This document shows, in pieces, positions 10,744 through 21,379 of a DNA stretch of 64,000 bases. The notes under the pieces are model-generated. The model had not been told where the DNA came from, ran no database searches, and was given only the letters and a program-made list of their open reading frames with translations. The stretch comes from Pachysolen tannophilus NRRL Y-2460 (Eukaryota). The number at the start of each line of letters is the position of its first letter. Positions within the stretch are counted from its first letter, which is position 1. The translations under genes were made by a program, and so were the position numbers. Location: contig KV454018.1 in the NCBI GenBank assembly GCA_001661245.1, forward strand, positions 569,569 to 633,568. Direction: 5' to 3'.

Positions 10744-12333
10744 ATGAATGAGTTATTCAAGACAGATTCATTTATAGGTCAGAAGCTTGGTAGAAAGACC
10801 AAACAAAAACAAAATACAGATAAAAAATTGGGTCAAAGACCACCTTTACCACCAATTGAACAATTTAAATTAGATAACATTTTAAATTATATTTCAAAAC
10901 AAGATGATTCAATATCTCAACTACTGGATTCTATAAAAATAACAAATAACAATTTTAGCAATGATTTGAGTTTTGAATTGATGAATTCTATAAAATTTGA
11001 ACAAAACGAAATAGTGGAATTGAAATTAAGAAAATTGAATAAATTGGTTAATAATAATAATAATTCGATTACTAAATATAATAATCATGATTGCAATAAT
11101 ATTAGAAACAAATTGGATAAATTGAATATAGAAACTGATGAGATATTGGCTTTAATAAATGAAAATTCAACTAATTTACAAAAAATTACAACCAAATTAT
11201 ACGATTTTGAACAATTATTACCTGTAAAAGAAAGATTGTTTTCTCCCAAATCACCAAATAAACAGCATTATCCAAACTTGTATAAGTTTGTAGTAAAATC
11301 GGGTGATCATAGTAATACTGACACTGGTTCTGGAAGTGCTAGTGTAGAAAAAAGTGAGAATGAAACTGAAAATGAAGATATATTGATTGATGACGAAGAA
11401 GCAGAGAATTACGAAGACGATAATAATACAACTTCATTTGATGATGCCATTGAAGAGAGCAGCGATAGTAATATACAGTCAGAACTGGCGTCAACACATG
11501 TGCAACTGAAAGAACAAGTGCAGCAAGAACCATCTAAGTCCCAACCGAATCTGATTTCTAATGATAATAGCACTGGACTGTCATTATCTTTACAGAATCT
11601 TTCATCAAAAGATCGTTCCAAAAAATTGAGAATATTGGATTTATCAAAGGAAATCGAAGATATGCAACAGAAATCTGAAATTGACAAAAAATTTCAAAAA
11701 CAAGAAGAAATTTTAGCAAAAGAAGAAGAAGATCAAATAACAAAAGGAAACGATAGGTATATTTTACCTGGGCTGCAAGGGAAGGGTGATCCAATAAAAT
11801 TAGCTTCTTTGGATCATTCATCTTCAATTAGAATAGATAGTAATGTCAACAATAACAATGACAACGAAATTGATAATGGAGAACAAAAATCAATAATTTC
11901 AACTTCTCCAACAGAAAGAAAATTAAAATCTTTATTGATAAGCTCATCAAAATTAGGTAATAATAATAATATTAATATTAATAATAATGATGGAAATGGT
12001 AGTAGAAGTAGTAGTAGCTCAATATTTGGAGCCCCTACAACGTCAACTATCATTAGTGGTCGCATTAGAAATCCAACATCACTGATACTTCCATACTTTA
12101 TGCAGAATGATAATAGAAGAGGAAAGCACAGTAATGAAGATGATAAGATATCGTTATCAATATCTGAAAATAGTGGTGGTAATAATATTAATAATAATAG
12201 TTTATCGTTTGAAGATGTACGAGGAATCTTAATTACCAAATCAAATGACGATTCCGAAATTGAAGCAAGTAATAGCAGTAATGTTAGTAATTATGATTAT
12301 AAAACAGTTAAAGGTTTGAAAAAATTTTTATAA
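10744..12333 (+). CDS. VAB2: Vab2-like (BLOC-1-related) coiled-coil protein with a long low-complexity tail
   Basis: N-terminal PPIEQFKLDNILNYI...SNDLSFELMNSIKFEQN resembles recalled Vab2. Adjacent to YEA4, as in S. cerevisiae (YEL005C/YEL004W). Confidence 0.62.
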   Translation: MNELFKTDSFIGQKLGRKTKQKQNTDKKLGQRPPLPPIEQFKLDNILNYISKQDDSISQLLDSIKITNNNFSNDLSFELMNSIKFEQNEIVELKLRKLNKLVNNNNNSITKYNNHDCNNIRNKLDKLNIETDEILALINENSTNLQKITTKLYDFEQLLPVKERLFSPKSPNKQHYPNLYKFVVKSGDHSNTDTGSGSASVEKSENETENEDILIDDEEAENYEDDNNTTSFDDAIEESSDSNIQSELASTHVQLKEQVQQEPSKSQPNLISNDNSTGLSLSLQNLSSKDRSKKLRILDLSKEIEDMQQKSEIDKKFQKQEEILAKEEEDQITKGNDRYILPGLQGKGDPIKLASLDHSSSIRIDSNVNNNNDNEIDNGEQKSIISTSPTERKLKSLLISSSKLGNNNNININNNDGNGSRSSSSSIFGAPTTSTIISGRIRNPTSLILPYFMQNDNRRGKHSNEDDKISLSISENSGGNNINNNSLSFEDVRGILITKSNDDSEIEASNSSNVSNYDYKTVKGLKKFL

Positions 12334-12377
12334 AAAATAAATATATATATTTGTTTTGAATTGAAGAGTCTGTGTTG

Positions 12378-13211
12378 TTATAATGTCAAGTTTTGTAATC
12401 TATTAGGCAAATTATCATCCAAGATCAATTGAATGATATCATTAAATCTCGTAAATGAAGTATTTTCTTTATAAAAATCCACCAAAGTTTTACCTTCTTT
12501 ATCACCTTGAGTTTCAATCATTTCATTGAATGATGGATCTATAGGTAATTTCCCTAAAAATCTTAATCCTAAATCCCTACATAAATTCATTCCACCATCT
12601 GAACTAAAAATATTTGTACACTCATCACAATAGGGACACACAAATCCTGACATATTTTCAATTAATCCCAAGATTTTAAATTTTACTTTGTTACAAAAAT
12701 TGATTTCCTTTTTAACATCATCAACACTAATCTGTTGTGGTGTAGTTACCAAGATACATCCATCTGGATTAGCAAATTTCAACTCTTCTGCAATCGTGAT
12801 ATGTTCATCTGACGTTCCAGGAGGAGTATCGATTATAAGGTAATCCAATTCATCCCAAAATACATCACTCAACATTTGCTTTATCATTGCTTGTTTCTTT
12901 GGTCCTCTCCAAACAACACTACTACCTCTATCATTAATTAAAAACCCTAATGACATAATTTTTAAATTTGTTGACAAATGCACTGGAACCCATCCTTTTG
13001 AAGATTGATGGATTTTTTTACCTTCTAAACCAAACATCCTGGGTATTGAAGGTCCAGTTAAATCTATATCCAATACCCCAACTTTATAACCTTTTGATAC
13101 AAGTGTTAGCGCCGTCTGAGTTGTAACTGATGATTTCCCAACTCCACCTTTTCCAGATAATACCAATATAATATGCTTAACTTTAGCTAATGACTTTGGC
13201 GGTTCCTCCAT
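12378..13211 (-). CDS. CFD1: Cytosolic Fe-S cluster assembly NTPase Cfd1
   Basis: [11 protein letters not shown]-loop, [10 protein letters not shown] and [11 protein letters not shown]; lacks the Nbp35 N-terminal Cys motif. Confidence 0.93.
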   Translation of the reverse strand: MEEPPKSLAKVKHIILVLSGKGGVGKSSVTTQTALTLVSKGYKVGVLDIDLTGPSIPRMFGLEGKKIHQSSKGWVPVHLSTNLKIMSLGFLINDRGSSVVWRGPKKQAMIKQMLSDVFWDELDYLIIDTPPGTSDEHITIAEELKFANPDGCILVTTPQQISVDDVKKEINFCNKVKFKILGLIENMSGFVCPYCDECTNIFSSDGGMNLCRDLGLRFLGKLPIDPSFNEMIETQGDKEGKTLVDFYKENTSFTRFNDIIQLILDDNLPNRLQNLTL

Positions 13212-13443
13212 GATTGAAAAATCAACAGAAAAAAAACAAAATTTATTTTATTGTTGTTTTATTAATCAGATTTAAAATCATTAAAACCCAATTTTGAATT
13301 TTATAAAAATTCTTATTTTTTTGCTTACACTATTTAAAAAGGGAAAATTTCAATTCATTATCACAAAACAATTGAAATATTTAAATATTTAAATATATAT
13401 TTAATATATATATATATATCTAGATATATCAGTTATTTATTGA

Positions 13444-13935
13444 ATGAGTTCCAGTCGATATTCATCACAGTTGCATCAGCGTGATCAAACAAGGACTTCA
13501 TTGTTTTCAACAACGTCTAATAATGGTGGTGGTGGTGGAAGTAGTAGTAATAATATTAGCAAGAGTAATAATGTGCTAGCTACTGAAACTGATCTTCCAA
13601 GATCTTCATCACCATATTCAACTCCATCAGGTCAAAAAGATTATTCTTCTTCACTTATGGATCAATTAGAATCACAAAATAATGTTGAGATAAATGAAAT
13701 GACAGAGAAAGTTAAACTTTTGAAAAATATTGGATTAAAGATGAATACTGAATTAAATTCTTCTTCAATAAATATTAAAAGTTTAAATGAAAATTTTGAA
13801 AAAATGTTACCTGTTGTTAAAAGATATGGTACTAGGGTTGGAGTTATAGGAAGAGATGGTTGGTTTACATTTAAAGGATGGTTAATTTTTTTCGGATTAG
13901 TATTTCTAATTTTTTTCATAAGGTGGATATTTTAA
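13444..13935 (+). CDS. BET1: ER-Golgi SNARE Bet1
   Basis: MSSSRYSSQLHQRD..RTSLF N-terminus, LESQN SNARE coil, C-terminal TM anchor; divergent from CFD1. Confidence 0.85.
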   Translation: MSSSRYSSQLHQRDQTRTSLFSTTSNNGGGGGSSSNNISKSNNVLATETDLPRSSSPYSTPSGQKDYSSSLMDQLESQNNVEINEMTEKVKLLKNIGLKMNTELNSSSINIKSLNENFEKMLPVVKRYGTRVGVIGRDGWFTFKGWLIFFGLVFLIFFIRWIF

Positions 13936-14454
13936 TTAATTAAATAAATGATTTAAATTATTATTTTATCTTCAAAAATTGCTGTGATTTGTGAGTTTTT
14001 ATTTTTTTTTCCTTATATATAATGATACAAGAAAACTTTTTTTTAAAAAAAAAAAAAAAAAGAAAAAGAAAGAGAAAGACAAGGCAAGGCAAAAAATGAA
14101 TAAGAAAAACTAGTATAATCAATAGCTTTTTTTTTTGTTGTCATACCGGAAAAGAAAAGCAGAAACAATTGATTGATAAAAAAAAAAAGAGAAAAAAGAA
14201 CAAAAATTNNNNNNNNNNNNNNNNNNNNNNNNNNNNNNNNNNNNNNNNNNNNNNNNNNNNNNNNNNNNNNNNNNNNNNNNNNNNNNNNNNNNNNNNNNNN
14301 NNNNNNNNNNNNNNNNNNNNNNNNNNNNNNNNNNNNNNNNNNNNNNNNNNNNNNNNNNNNNNNNNNNNNNNNNNNNNNNNNNNNNNNNNNNNNNNNNNNN
14401 NNNNNNNNNNNNNNNNNNNNNNNNNNNNNNNNNNNNNNNNNNNNNNNNNNNNNN

Positions 14455-14485
<31 letters not shown>

Positions 14486-14662
14486 AAATCACCACCACCA
14501 GCAGCAAGAACAAGAATAAGAACAAAACAAAAAAAAAAAAGAGAATAACAACAACAATAACAGTAATAATAATAATAATAGTAATAGTAATAGTAATAAT
14601 AATAGTTATAATAGTAATAATAAAAGTAATAAAAATTCTTTATTTTACTTTAATAGTTGCAA

Positions 14663-15397
14663 TTAGTTTTTTTCAACATTGGTGATTTTTTCAATATCTT
14701 GATCACCTCCACTTTCAAGATCTGTGTTAGTATTAGTATTAACACCAACTTCATTTTCTATTTTTGAATTATCACCACTTTCTGCGTCTATTCTTCTAAA
14801 CCCGCCTCTACCACCTCTAAAGCCACCACCACTACCACCGCGGCCACCTCTAAAACTACCACCTCTAAAACTTCCGCCTCTAAAACTACCGCCCCTGAAA
14901 CCGCTACTACCTCTAAAGCCACCTCTAAAATCACCGCTTCCACTTCCACTTCCGCTTCCGCGGCCTCTAAAGCTGTTGGAACTACCGCCTCTACCGCTCC
15001 TATAAGGTCTTCTATTTAAACCAGGAACATTTGTTCTTTTTTCAACAACTTTTAATTCTCTACCTTTAAATTCCGTACCATTAAATTGTAAAGCAGGTTC
15101 GACACTTGAAGTCAGATCAAATTCAATATACGCATAACCTTTAGGTTTCCCAGTATACTTATTATATAATATAGTAATTCTATTTATAACACCAGCTCTA
15201 TTGAAAAATTGTTCTAATTCTTCAGGAGTTGATGAATAATCCACATTACCAACATAAATTGATCTTGAATCAACTTCTTGTTGGATCTCATTCTTAGCTT
15301 CTGCTGAAAGTTCTTGTTGTGGTTGTTGCTGTTGTTGTTGTGGTTGTTGTTGTTGTGAAGGTGTGTTACTATCACTACTATTTTCTTGGTCACTCAT
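14663..15397 (-). CDS. SGN1: PABPN1-like single-RRM poly(A)-binding protein with RGG tail
   Basis: DSRSIYVGNVDY (RNP2), KPKGYAYIEF (RNP1), KRTNVPG, then FRGGS repeats. Confidence 0.85.
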   Translation of the reverse strand: MSDQENSSDSNTPSQQQQPQQQQQQPQQELSAEAKNEIQQEVDSRSIYVGNVDYSSTPEELEQFFNRAGVINRITILYNKYTGKPKGYAYIEFDLTSSVEPALQFNGTEFKGRELKVVEKRTNVPGLNRRPYRSGRGGSSNSFRGRGSGSGSGSGDFRGGFRGSSGFRGGSFRGGSFRGGSFRGGRGGSGGGFRGGRGGFRRIDAESGDNSKIENEVGVNTNTNTDLESGGDQDIEKITNVEKN

Positions 15398-16232
15398 AGC
15401 TGTATCACTCTATAATTATTTATTTTTTTTTCCCTAATTAAAAAAAAAAAAAACTAAATTTTCCAGCCCTTATCTTATTCGTACATATATATAGATATAT
15501 ATATATATATATATACTATTTATTTATTTATATATATATATTACCACAACTAATGACTGTAACTATTAGTATCAATCTCAAACCTCTTTTGAAATAAAAG
15601 TATTTGAAATTTTTTAATTAATGAAATTCAATTAATTATGTAAAATAATTATCACAATTTTTAAAAATATAATAATAATAATATTAATATTATTACTATT
15701 ATGAGAAAGGAAACACCTTTCCTTTACAAAGGGAAAAGGAAAATTTTCGTCTTTTTTTTTTTTTTTTAATTTTTTTCGTTCACCAGCCAACGAACGGAAA
15801 TAAAGAAAATATGGTAGTGGCAAACGGATCAAAAATAAAAACAAAAACAAAAACAAAAACAAAAAGGCAAAAAAGCAAAACACGGGCTATTTCTCTTTAT
15901 ATTTAAATAAATATCTGATACAAAATTTTAAAGGTGTTTTATAGCTGGTCGTACATATATACCTAACAGTTCTAATTTGGGTAATACTAGGGGTGCTCGT
16001 TTCAAATTTTTCTATTTCTTTTTAAAAAAAAATTATGTTTTTAGGGGCGGTGTCGTATATTTGTATATGTTTTAAACATTTAATTAACAAAAATTGTATT
16101 TGTTGTGCACTATTTGCACTACTGTTTTATTTCTATAGACTAAAGAAAAATTCTTTTCTTATCGTTTTTTTTCTCTTCTTCTCTTCTCTTCTCTTTTCTG
16201 AAATTTTTTCAAAAAAAGAAAAAAAAATAAAA

Positions 16233-16243
16233 AAAATTTTTCA
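16233..16243 (-). promoter_or_regulatory. RRPE element upstream of NOP16
   Basis: aaaatttttca is the reverse complement of TGAAAAATTTT, about 75 nt before the ATG of a ribosome-biogenesis gene. Confidence 0.5.
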
Positions 16244-16316
16244 GTATTGTGTAATATCGGTATTAAAGATTAGATATACTATTACTAGAGTTTAGTTAGT
16301 TGGGAAAAAAATAAAA

Positions 16317-16994
16317 ATGGTTTCTGTTAGGAAGAGAAAGATTAACAAATCTTCTGTTAAGAGAGTGAGTCGTCGAAATAAGGATAAGCAGAGAAAGATA
16401 AATATTTCTTCAAATCCTATAATAGCAGCTAATTGGGATCATAGTTTAACTTTAGAACAAAATTATAAAAAATTGGGGTTGAAATCGAGGTTAGGGAAAT
16501 ATGCTGGAGGTACGGAGAAAGATGTGATAGGTAGAAGTAGACGTGAGAAAGAAGTAGGAGAAGGGGAAAAGATAACAGAATTACAAAGTTCTGTTAATGA
16601 ACTTGAAAGTCATGATCCATCAAAGATACCTGAAGGTGAAGCTAGGATAATTAGAGATAATGAAGGCAAAGTTTTAGAAATCATATATGGTACTAAACCA
16701 AGATCTTTACTTGTTGGTTCCATTGGTCAAGATAAATCAGGTTCAAGATCAGATTCTGATTCTGAAACAGAAACTGAAGTTGTTAAAAAATTAAAAGAAT
16801 TATCTAAAATTGATAAGTCAAAACCAAGAATTCAAAGTGAAAGAGAACAAGAATGGGTTTCGAAATTATATGCAAAATACGGTGATGATTATGAAAAGAT
16901 GAAATGGGATAAGAAATTAAATATTTACCAGCAATCTTCTGGTGATTTAAAAAGAAGAATACTTAAATGGAAACGAGCAAATGATATTCAATAA
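16317..16994 (+). CDS. NOP16: Nucleolar 60S biogenesis protein Nop16
   Basis: NPIIAANWDHSLTLEQNYKKLGL and KYGDDYEKMKWDKKLNIYQQS motifs. Confidence 0.93.
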   Translation: MVSVRKRKINKSSVKRVSRRNKDKQRKINISSNPIIAANWDHSLTLEQNYKKLGLKSRLGKYAGGTEKDVIGRSRREKEVGEGEKITELQSSVNELESHDPSKIPEGEARIIRDNEGKVLEIIYGTKPRSLLVGSIGQDKSGSRSDSDSETETEVVKKLKELSKIDKSKPRIQSEREQEWVSKLYAKYGDDYEKMKWDKKLNIYQQSSGDLKRRILKWKRANDIQ

Positions 16995-17610
16995 ATAATA
17001 AATATTAGTATAAATTTCATATAAAAGAACAACAATTTTTTTTTTTTTTTATTATATTGATTCTCTCTTTTCTTTCTCTATTTCAAAATAATAAAAAAAA
17101 AAAAAAAAAAAANNNNNNNNNNNNNNNNNNNNNNNNNNNNNNNNNNNNNNNNNNNNNNNNNNNNNNNNNNNNNNNNNNNNNNNNNNNNNNNNNNNNNNNN
17201 NNNNNNNNNNNNNNNNNNNNNNNNNNNNNNNNNNNNNNNNNNNNNNNNNNNNNNNNNNNNNNNNNNNNNNNNNNNNNNNNNNNNNNNNNNNNNNNNNNNN
17301 NNNNNNNNNNNNNNNNNNNNNNNNNNNNNNNNNNNNNNNNNNNNNNNNNNNNNNNNNNNNNNNNNNNNNNNNNNNNNNNNNNNNNNNNNNNNNNNNNNNN
17401 NNNNNNNNNNNNNNNNNNNNNNNNNNNNNNNNNNNNNNNNNNNNNNNNNNNNNNNNNNNNNNNNNNNNNNNNNNNNNNNNNNNNNNNNNNNNNNNNNNNN
17501 NNNNNNNNNNNNNNNNNNNNNNNNNNNNNNNCAATAAAAAAAAAAAAAAAAAAAAAAATAAAAAACAAAAGTATTAGTAATAATAGTAGTAGTTGGATGA
17601 TGATTTTATT

Positions 17611-19002
17611 TTAAGCTTCAACAAAAGCTCTATAAGTTGTAAATTCTTCATCATCATTTGAAGTCAATTCGATTTCAATACCTGGTGCAATGAAAAATGT
17701 AAAACCTTCATTTGCTTTTAATTTTGTTGAATCATTTTTAATTTGAATAAAACCATCACCTTTTGTTACAATTAAAATTGAAGGACCTTTAAATTTATCA
17801 AAAGTTCTAATACTTCCCTTTGGAGTTTTCTTAAATTGAGTTTGTAAAACTGCAAATTCTGCAATTGGTGGATCATATAAGACACTAATACCATCACCAT
17901 GAGATCTTGGAAAATTTAATTTTTCCATAATTTGTTTTTCAACTCCACCATAAGAATAAGTTAACATTTCAACTAAATTTTTAACATCTTTAAATTTTGG
18001 TGTAAAACCTGCTCTAACAACATTATCAGATGCAGCCATACATTCAATAATATCTCCACTTATATATGCATGTGGATCTTTTGCTTGTAAAAACATTGCT
18101 TCACCAGCTTTTAATTTACAATGATTTAATAATAAACAACCACAAAAAAGACCAATATCATTTGGAAATTGTTCATTAAGATTTTGAATAAGTTTAGCTA
18201 AAGATTCACCAAATAATTCAGGTTGAGAATGAGTTCTTTTAACTAAAGATTTTGCCTTTTCAGTAATAATATCTTCTGATGTATTCATCAATTTACCAAA
18301 AAGTTTTTGTAATAATTTTCTATTATTTGAATCTTCTAATGAATTAATTTCCAGATTTGGTTTAATACCTTTTGCAAATTCAATAGAAATTTCATCACCA
18401 ATAATTTCTTTAAATTCAGGAATTTTTTCCAATAATTCATTAATCAGTTCTAAAGGTTTAAATCCACAAAAACCTTCAAATTCTGTAACAGCAATTGCCA
18501 TTTCAGGTTTATGATTATCATCTGGATAATTCTTTGGATCAACAAAATGTAATTTTTTCCCTAATTCTTTATCAGGATGAGCTTGAATTGATAATACTTT
18601 TTCAATTGATAATACTTTAAATAAAAATGGTAATTCTTCATTTGAACCAAATTTTTCAATAATTTCCTTTCCCAATAATTCTTGAGGATGTGCTTTAATC
18701 AAATCTCTTAATTTTTCTCCAGTTGAACTTTTAATCGAAGGAACAGATGGATGAGTACCCATCCATAATTCTGCATAAGGCTTTGTTTCATCAATTTTAA
18801 CTGCTTTATCAGATTGAGCAGCAAATCTAGCAACTGCAGATGTTGACCCAATCTTACCCCAACCATAATTCTGGTATCCTTCACAAACAAACCCATTCTT
18901 GTCAGTAAAATCCAGATCATAATCGATTTTATTAACGAAAAAAAAAAACAACTTTTTATCTATTTACATACCACAATGTATTTGAAATAATCCGGATGAC
19001 AT
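17611..19002 (-). CDS. PMI40: Mannose-6-phosphate isomerase; exons 19002-18972 and 18878-17611, 93-nt intron
   Basis: YAELWMGTH, LSIQAHP and NHKPEM motifs. Exon 1 MSSGLFQIHC-G, donor GTATGT at 18971, branch TACTGAC at 18907-18901, acceptor AAG ending 18879; the spliced product reads CGYQNYGWGK. Confidence 0.93.
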
Positions 19003-19497
19003 GTTCAACTACGATACAACAACAACAAAAAAAAAACAAAAAAAAACAACTAAAAGTTTAAATAAATAAATAATTAAAACTCAACAACAATTAAGTCAAT
19101 TGCTATTTTAAAATATATATATTTATATATATATATTTATAAGATGAAACAGACAAAATAATATATAAACGATACCTTTAATACCAATAATTTACTCGTG
19201 CGCTTCAACATGTGAAATGAAAAGTGAAATTTTCAAAAAAAAAAAAAAAAAAAAAAAATACTGTGCTGGAATACGCATTTCAGTAAACTAAAGCGCACGC
19301 AAGTGCACATTAGAAGAAGGTTTATTTGCGTAAGAGCACTTGTGTACCACACGTGCGCATTAGGGCTCTCACATTATGCTTACGCAAGTGCGGAAAGAGA
19401 CTTATTTAAAACAAGACAAAGAGATAAAAAGACAAAACGATATAACAAAGAGGTATCATATATATTGATTTCATCTAAATCACTTTAAAAACAAAGA

Positions 19498-20036
19498 ATG
19501 GATGATGAGTTTATAGAGACTTCTTCAGGTAACAAGATTTCGAAAAATGCACAGATTTCGGGCTCATCGAATATTCTGATTGCTGGTCAAACCACAATAA
19601 GTACAGGTTGTAAAATTCATGGAGATTTTTTAGGAAAAGACAAAAAGATATCTATTAATTTAGGAAAATATTGTTTTTTAAATCAAGGTGTAGAATTATT
19701 ACCACAAAAAGATGATGAAAAAAAAATTTATATAAACAAATGAAAATTGGATCTTATGTGATAATCAATAAAAATTCATTAATAAATACATCATATATTG
19801 GTAATAAAGTAATTATTGGTAAAAATTGTAAAATTGAAGGAATCATTTACGATTGTTGTATTATCAAAGACAACACGACTATAAATAAAACCACTGTAAT
19901 TCCTCCATTTAGTTTAGTGGAAAAATTACCAAACTCAAAAGAATTAAATATCGTTAATTTAAATGATAGCTATAAGAAACTTATTGAATTGGCGGCTAGA
20001 AAACTGCTCTTGTTAGGTTTGAAAGACAAAAAATAA
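19498..20036 (+). CDS. Dynactin p25 (DCTN5-like) beta-helix protein, split by a frameshift at an A9 run (19718-19726)
   Basis: ETSSGNKISKNAQISGSSNILIAGQT..IHGD in the first ORF; MKIGSYV..IGNKVIIGKNC..DCCIIKDNT..VIPPFS in the second. One added A joins them into 179 aa. Confidence 0.8.
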
Positions 20037-20369
20037 ACAAAAAGAATTCTAACAAAAGTTAGTTAGTTTAATTGAATATAAAATAAAATAAATGAATAAC
20101 TTTTCTTTGAATGACCAAATGCGGTAATTTAAACCGTAAAGAGTGGGTTTTTACTTACGATCAAAGTTAACAATTATTTCCGAATTAGGAAGTCAGGTTG
20201 TTGAATTAATTGAATTTGAATTGAAAATTTACAAAAACAGTTGTCAGTTTGAATGAATAAATTTTTTAATAATAAAAAATTTTAATTTCTTTATATATAT
20301 AATCAAAAAAAAAAAGAAGATAATTTTGTTGTGAATATTAAAGATTTAATCATAATTAATTAGTTGAAT

Positions 20370-21015
20370 ATGTCTGGTATGTTTTTTTTCTTTTTTTTCT
20401 TCTTTCTCTTGAATTTATACTAACAATTTATTTTGAATAAAAAAAAAACAGACTTTAGTTCCTTGGCTCGTATGTGGAATCTTATTATTTTTTTTAAACC
20501 AAGTTGAAATGATGCGATAAGATTTTTTTTTTGATCCATTGATACTAACAAAGCAATTTTTTTTTAATTTAGAACAATTTTGTGAATTTTATTATAATCA
20601 GTTTGATACTGATAGATCTCAATTGGGTAATCTCTACGTATGTAAATATTGATTTAAATTTTTTTTTTTTTTTTTGATTTATTATAAAAGATGATTTACT
20701 AATATCCTTTTTTTTTTTTTTGCTTCAATATAGAGAGATCAATCAATGTTAACTTTTGAGGCTTCTCAAACACAAGGTCCTAAAAATATTGTTGAAAAAT
20801 TATGTGGATTGGGGTTCTCTAAAGTTAAACATAGAATTTCAACTTTGGATGCACAACCTGCTTCTCCAAATGGTGATGTCTTGGTAATGGTCACCGGTGA
20901 ATTATTGATTGATGAGGAACAAAACGCCCAACGCTACTCTCAGGTATTTCACTTGATACCAGATGCTGGTTCATATTATGTCTTTAACGATATATTTAGA
21001 TTGAATTATTCATAG
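20370..21015 (+). CDS. NTF2: Nuclear transport factor 2; join(20370..20376,20452..20469,20573..20637,20734..21015), 123 aa
   Basis: Three GTATGT donors (20377, 20470, 20638), branches TACTAAC/TACTAAC/TACTAAT, acceptors CAG/TAG/TAG. Spliced protein [39 protein letters not shown]...[13 protein letters not shown]. Confidence 0.94.
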
Positions 21016-21379
21016 AGAGAGAGAGAAAAAAAAAGAAAATTTTTTTTTTTGCTTTCTTCATTATAATATTATTACTATTATTATTACTATTTTTTTTTGT
21101 TTGTTTCAACTTACTACTCTTTATACTTATTTGATTGTCTTTAATTTAAGCTCTCGTCGTTGTCGTTGTCGTTGTTGTAGTTCTCTTGTTGTAAAAATTT
21201 TTGTTAGTGGAAAATTGTTTTGATTTGTATCGCACGACTTGGGTTTCTTTTTAGACAAAATTCTTTATTGCGTTTTTGGTACAATTTTTATATAATTGTT
21301 TTTTTAAATAATATATAATTTATAATTGAATCTATAATTATTCACTATTTATTTAGATTAAAGGTCAACAATTAAAAAA

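Noticed and set aside
18859..18878. PMI40 QNYGWGK instead of the usual fungal QNYDWGK as a loss-of-function sign
   Set aside because: This position varies among type I PMIs (Ala in human, as I recall), and the metal-binding motifs are intact.
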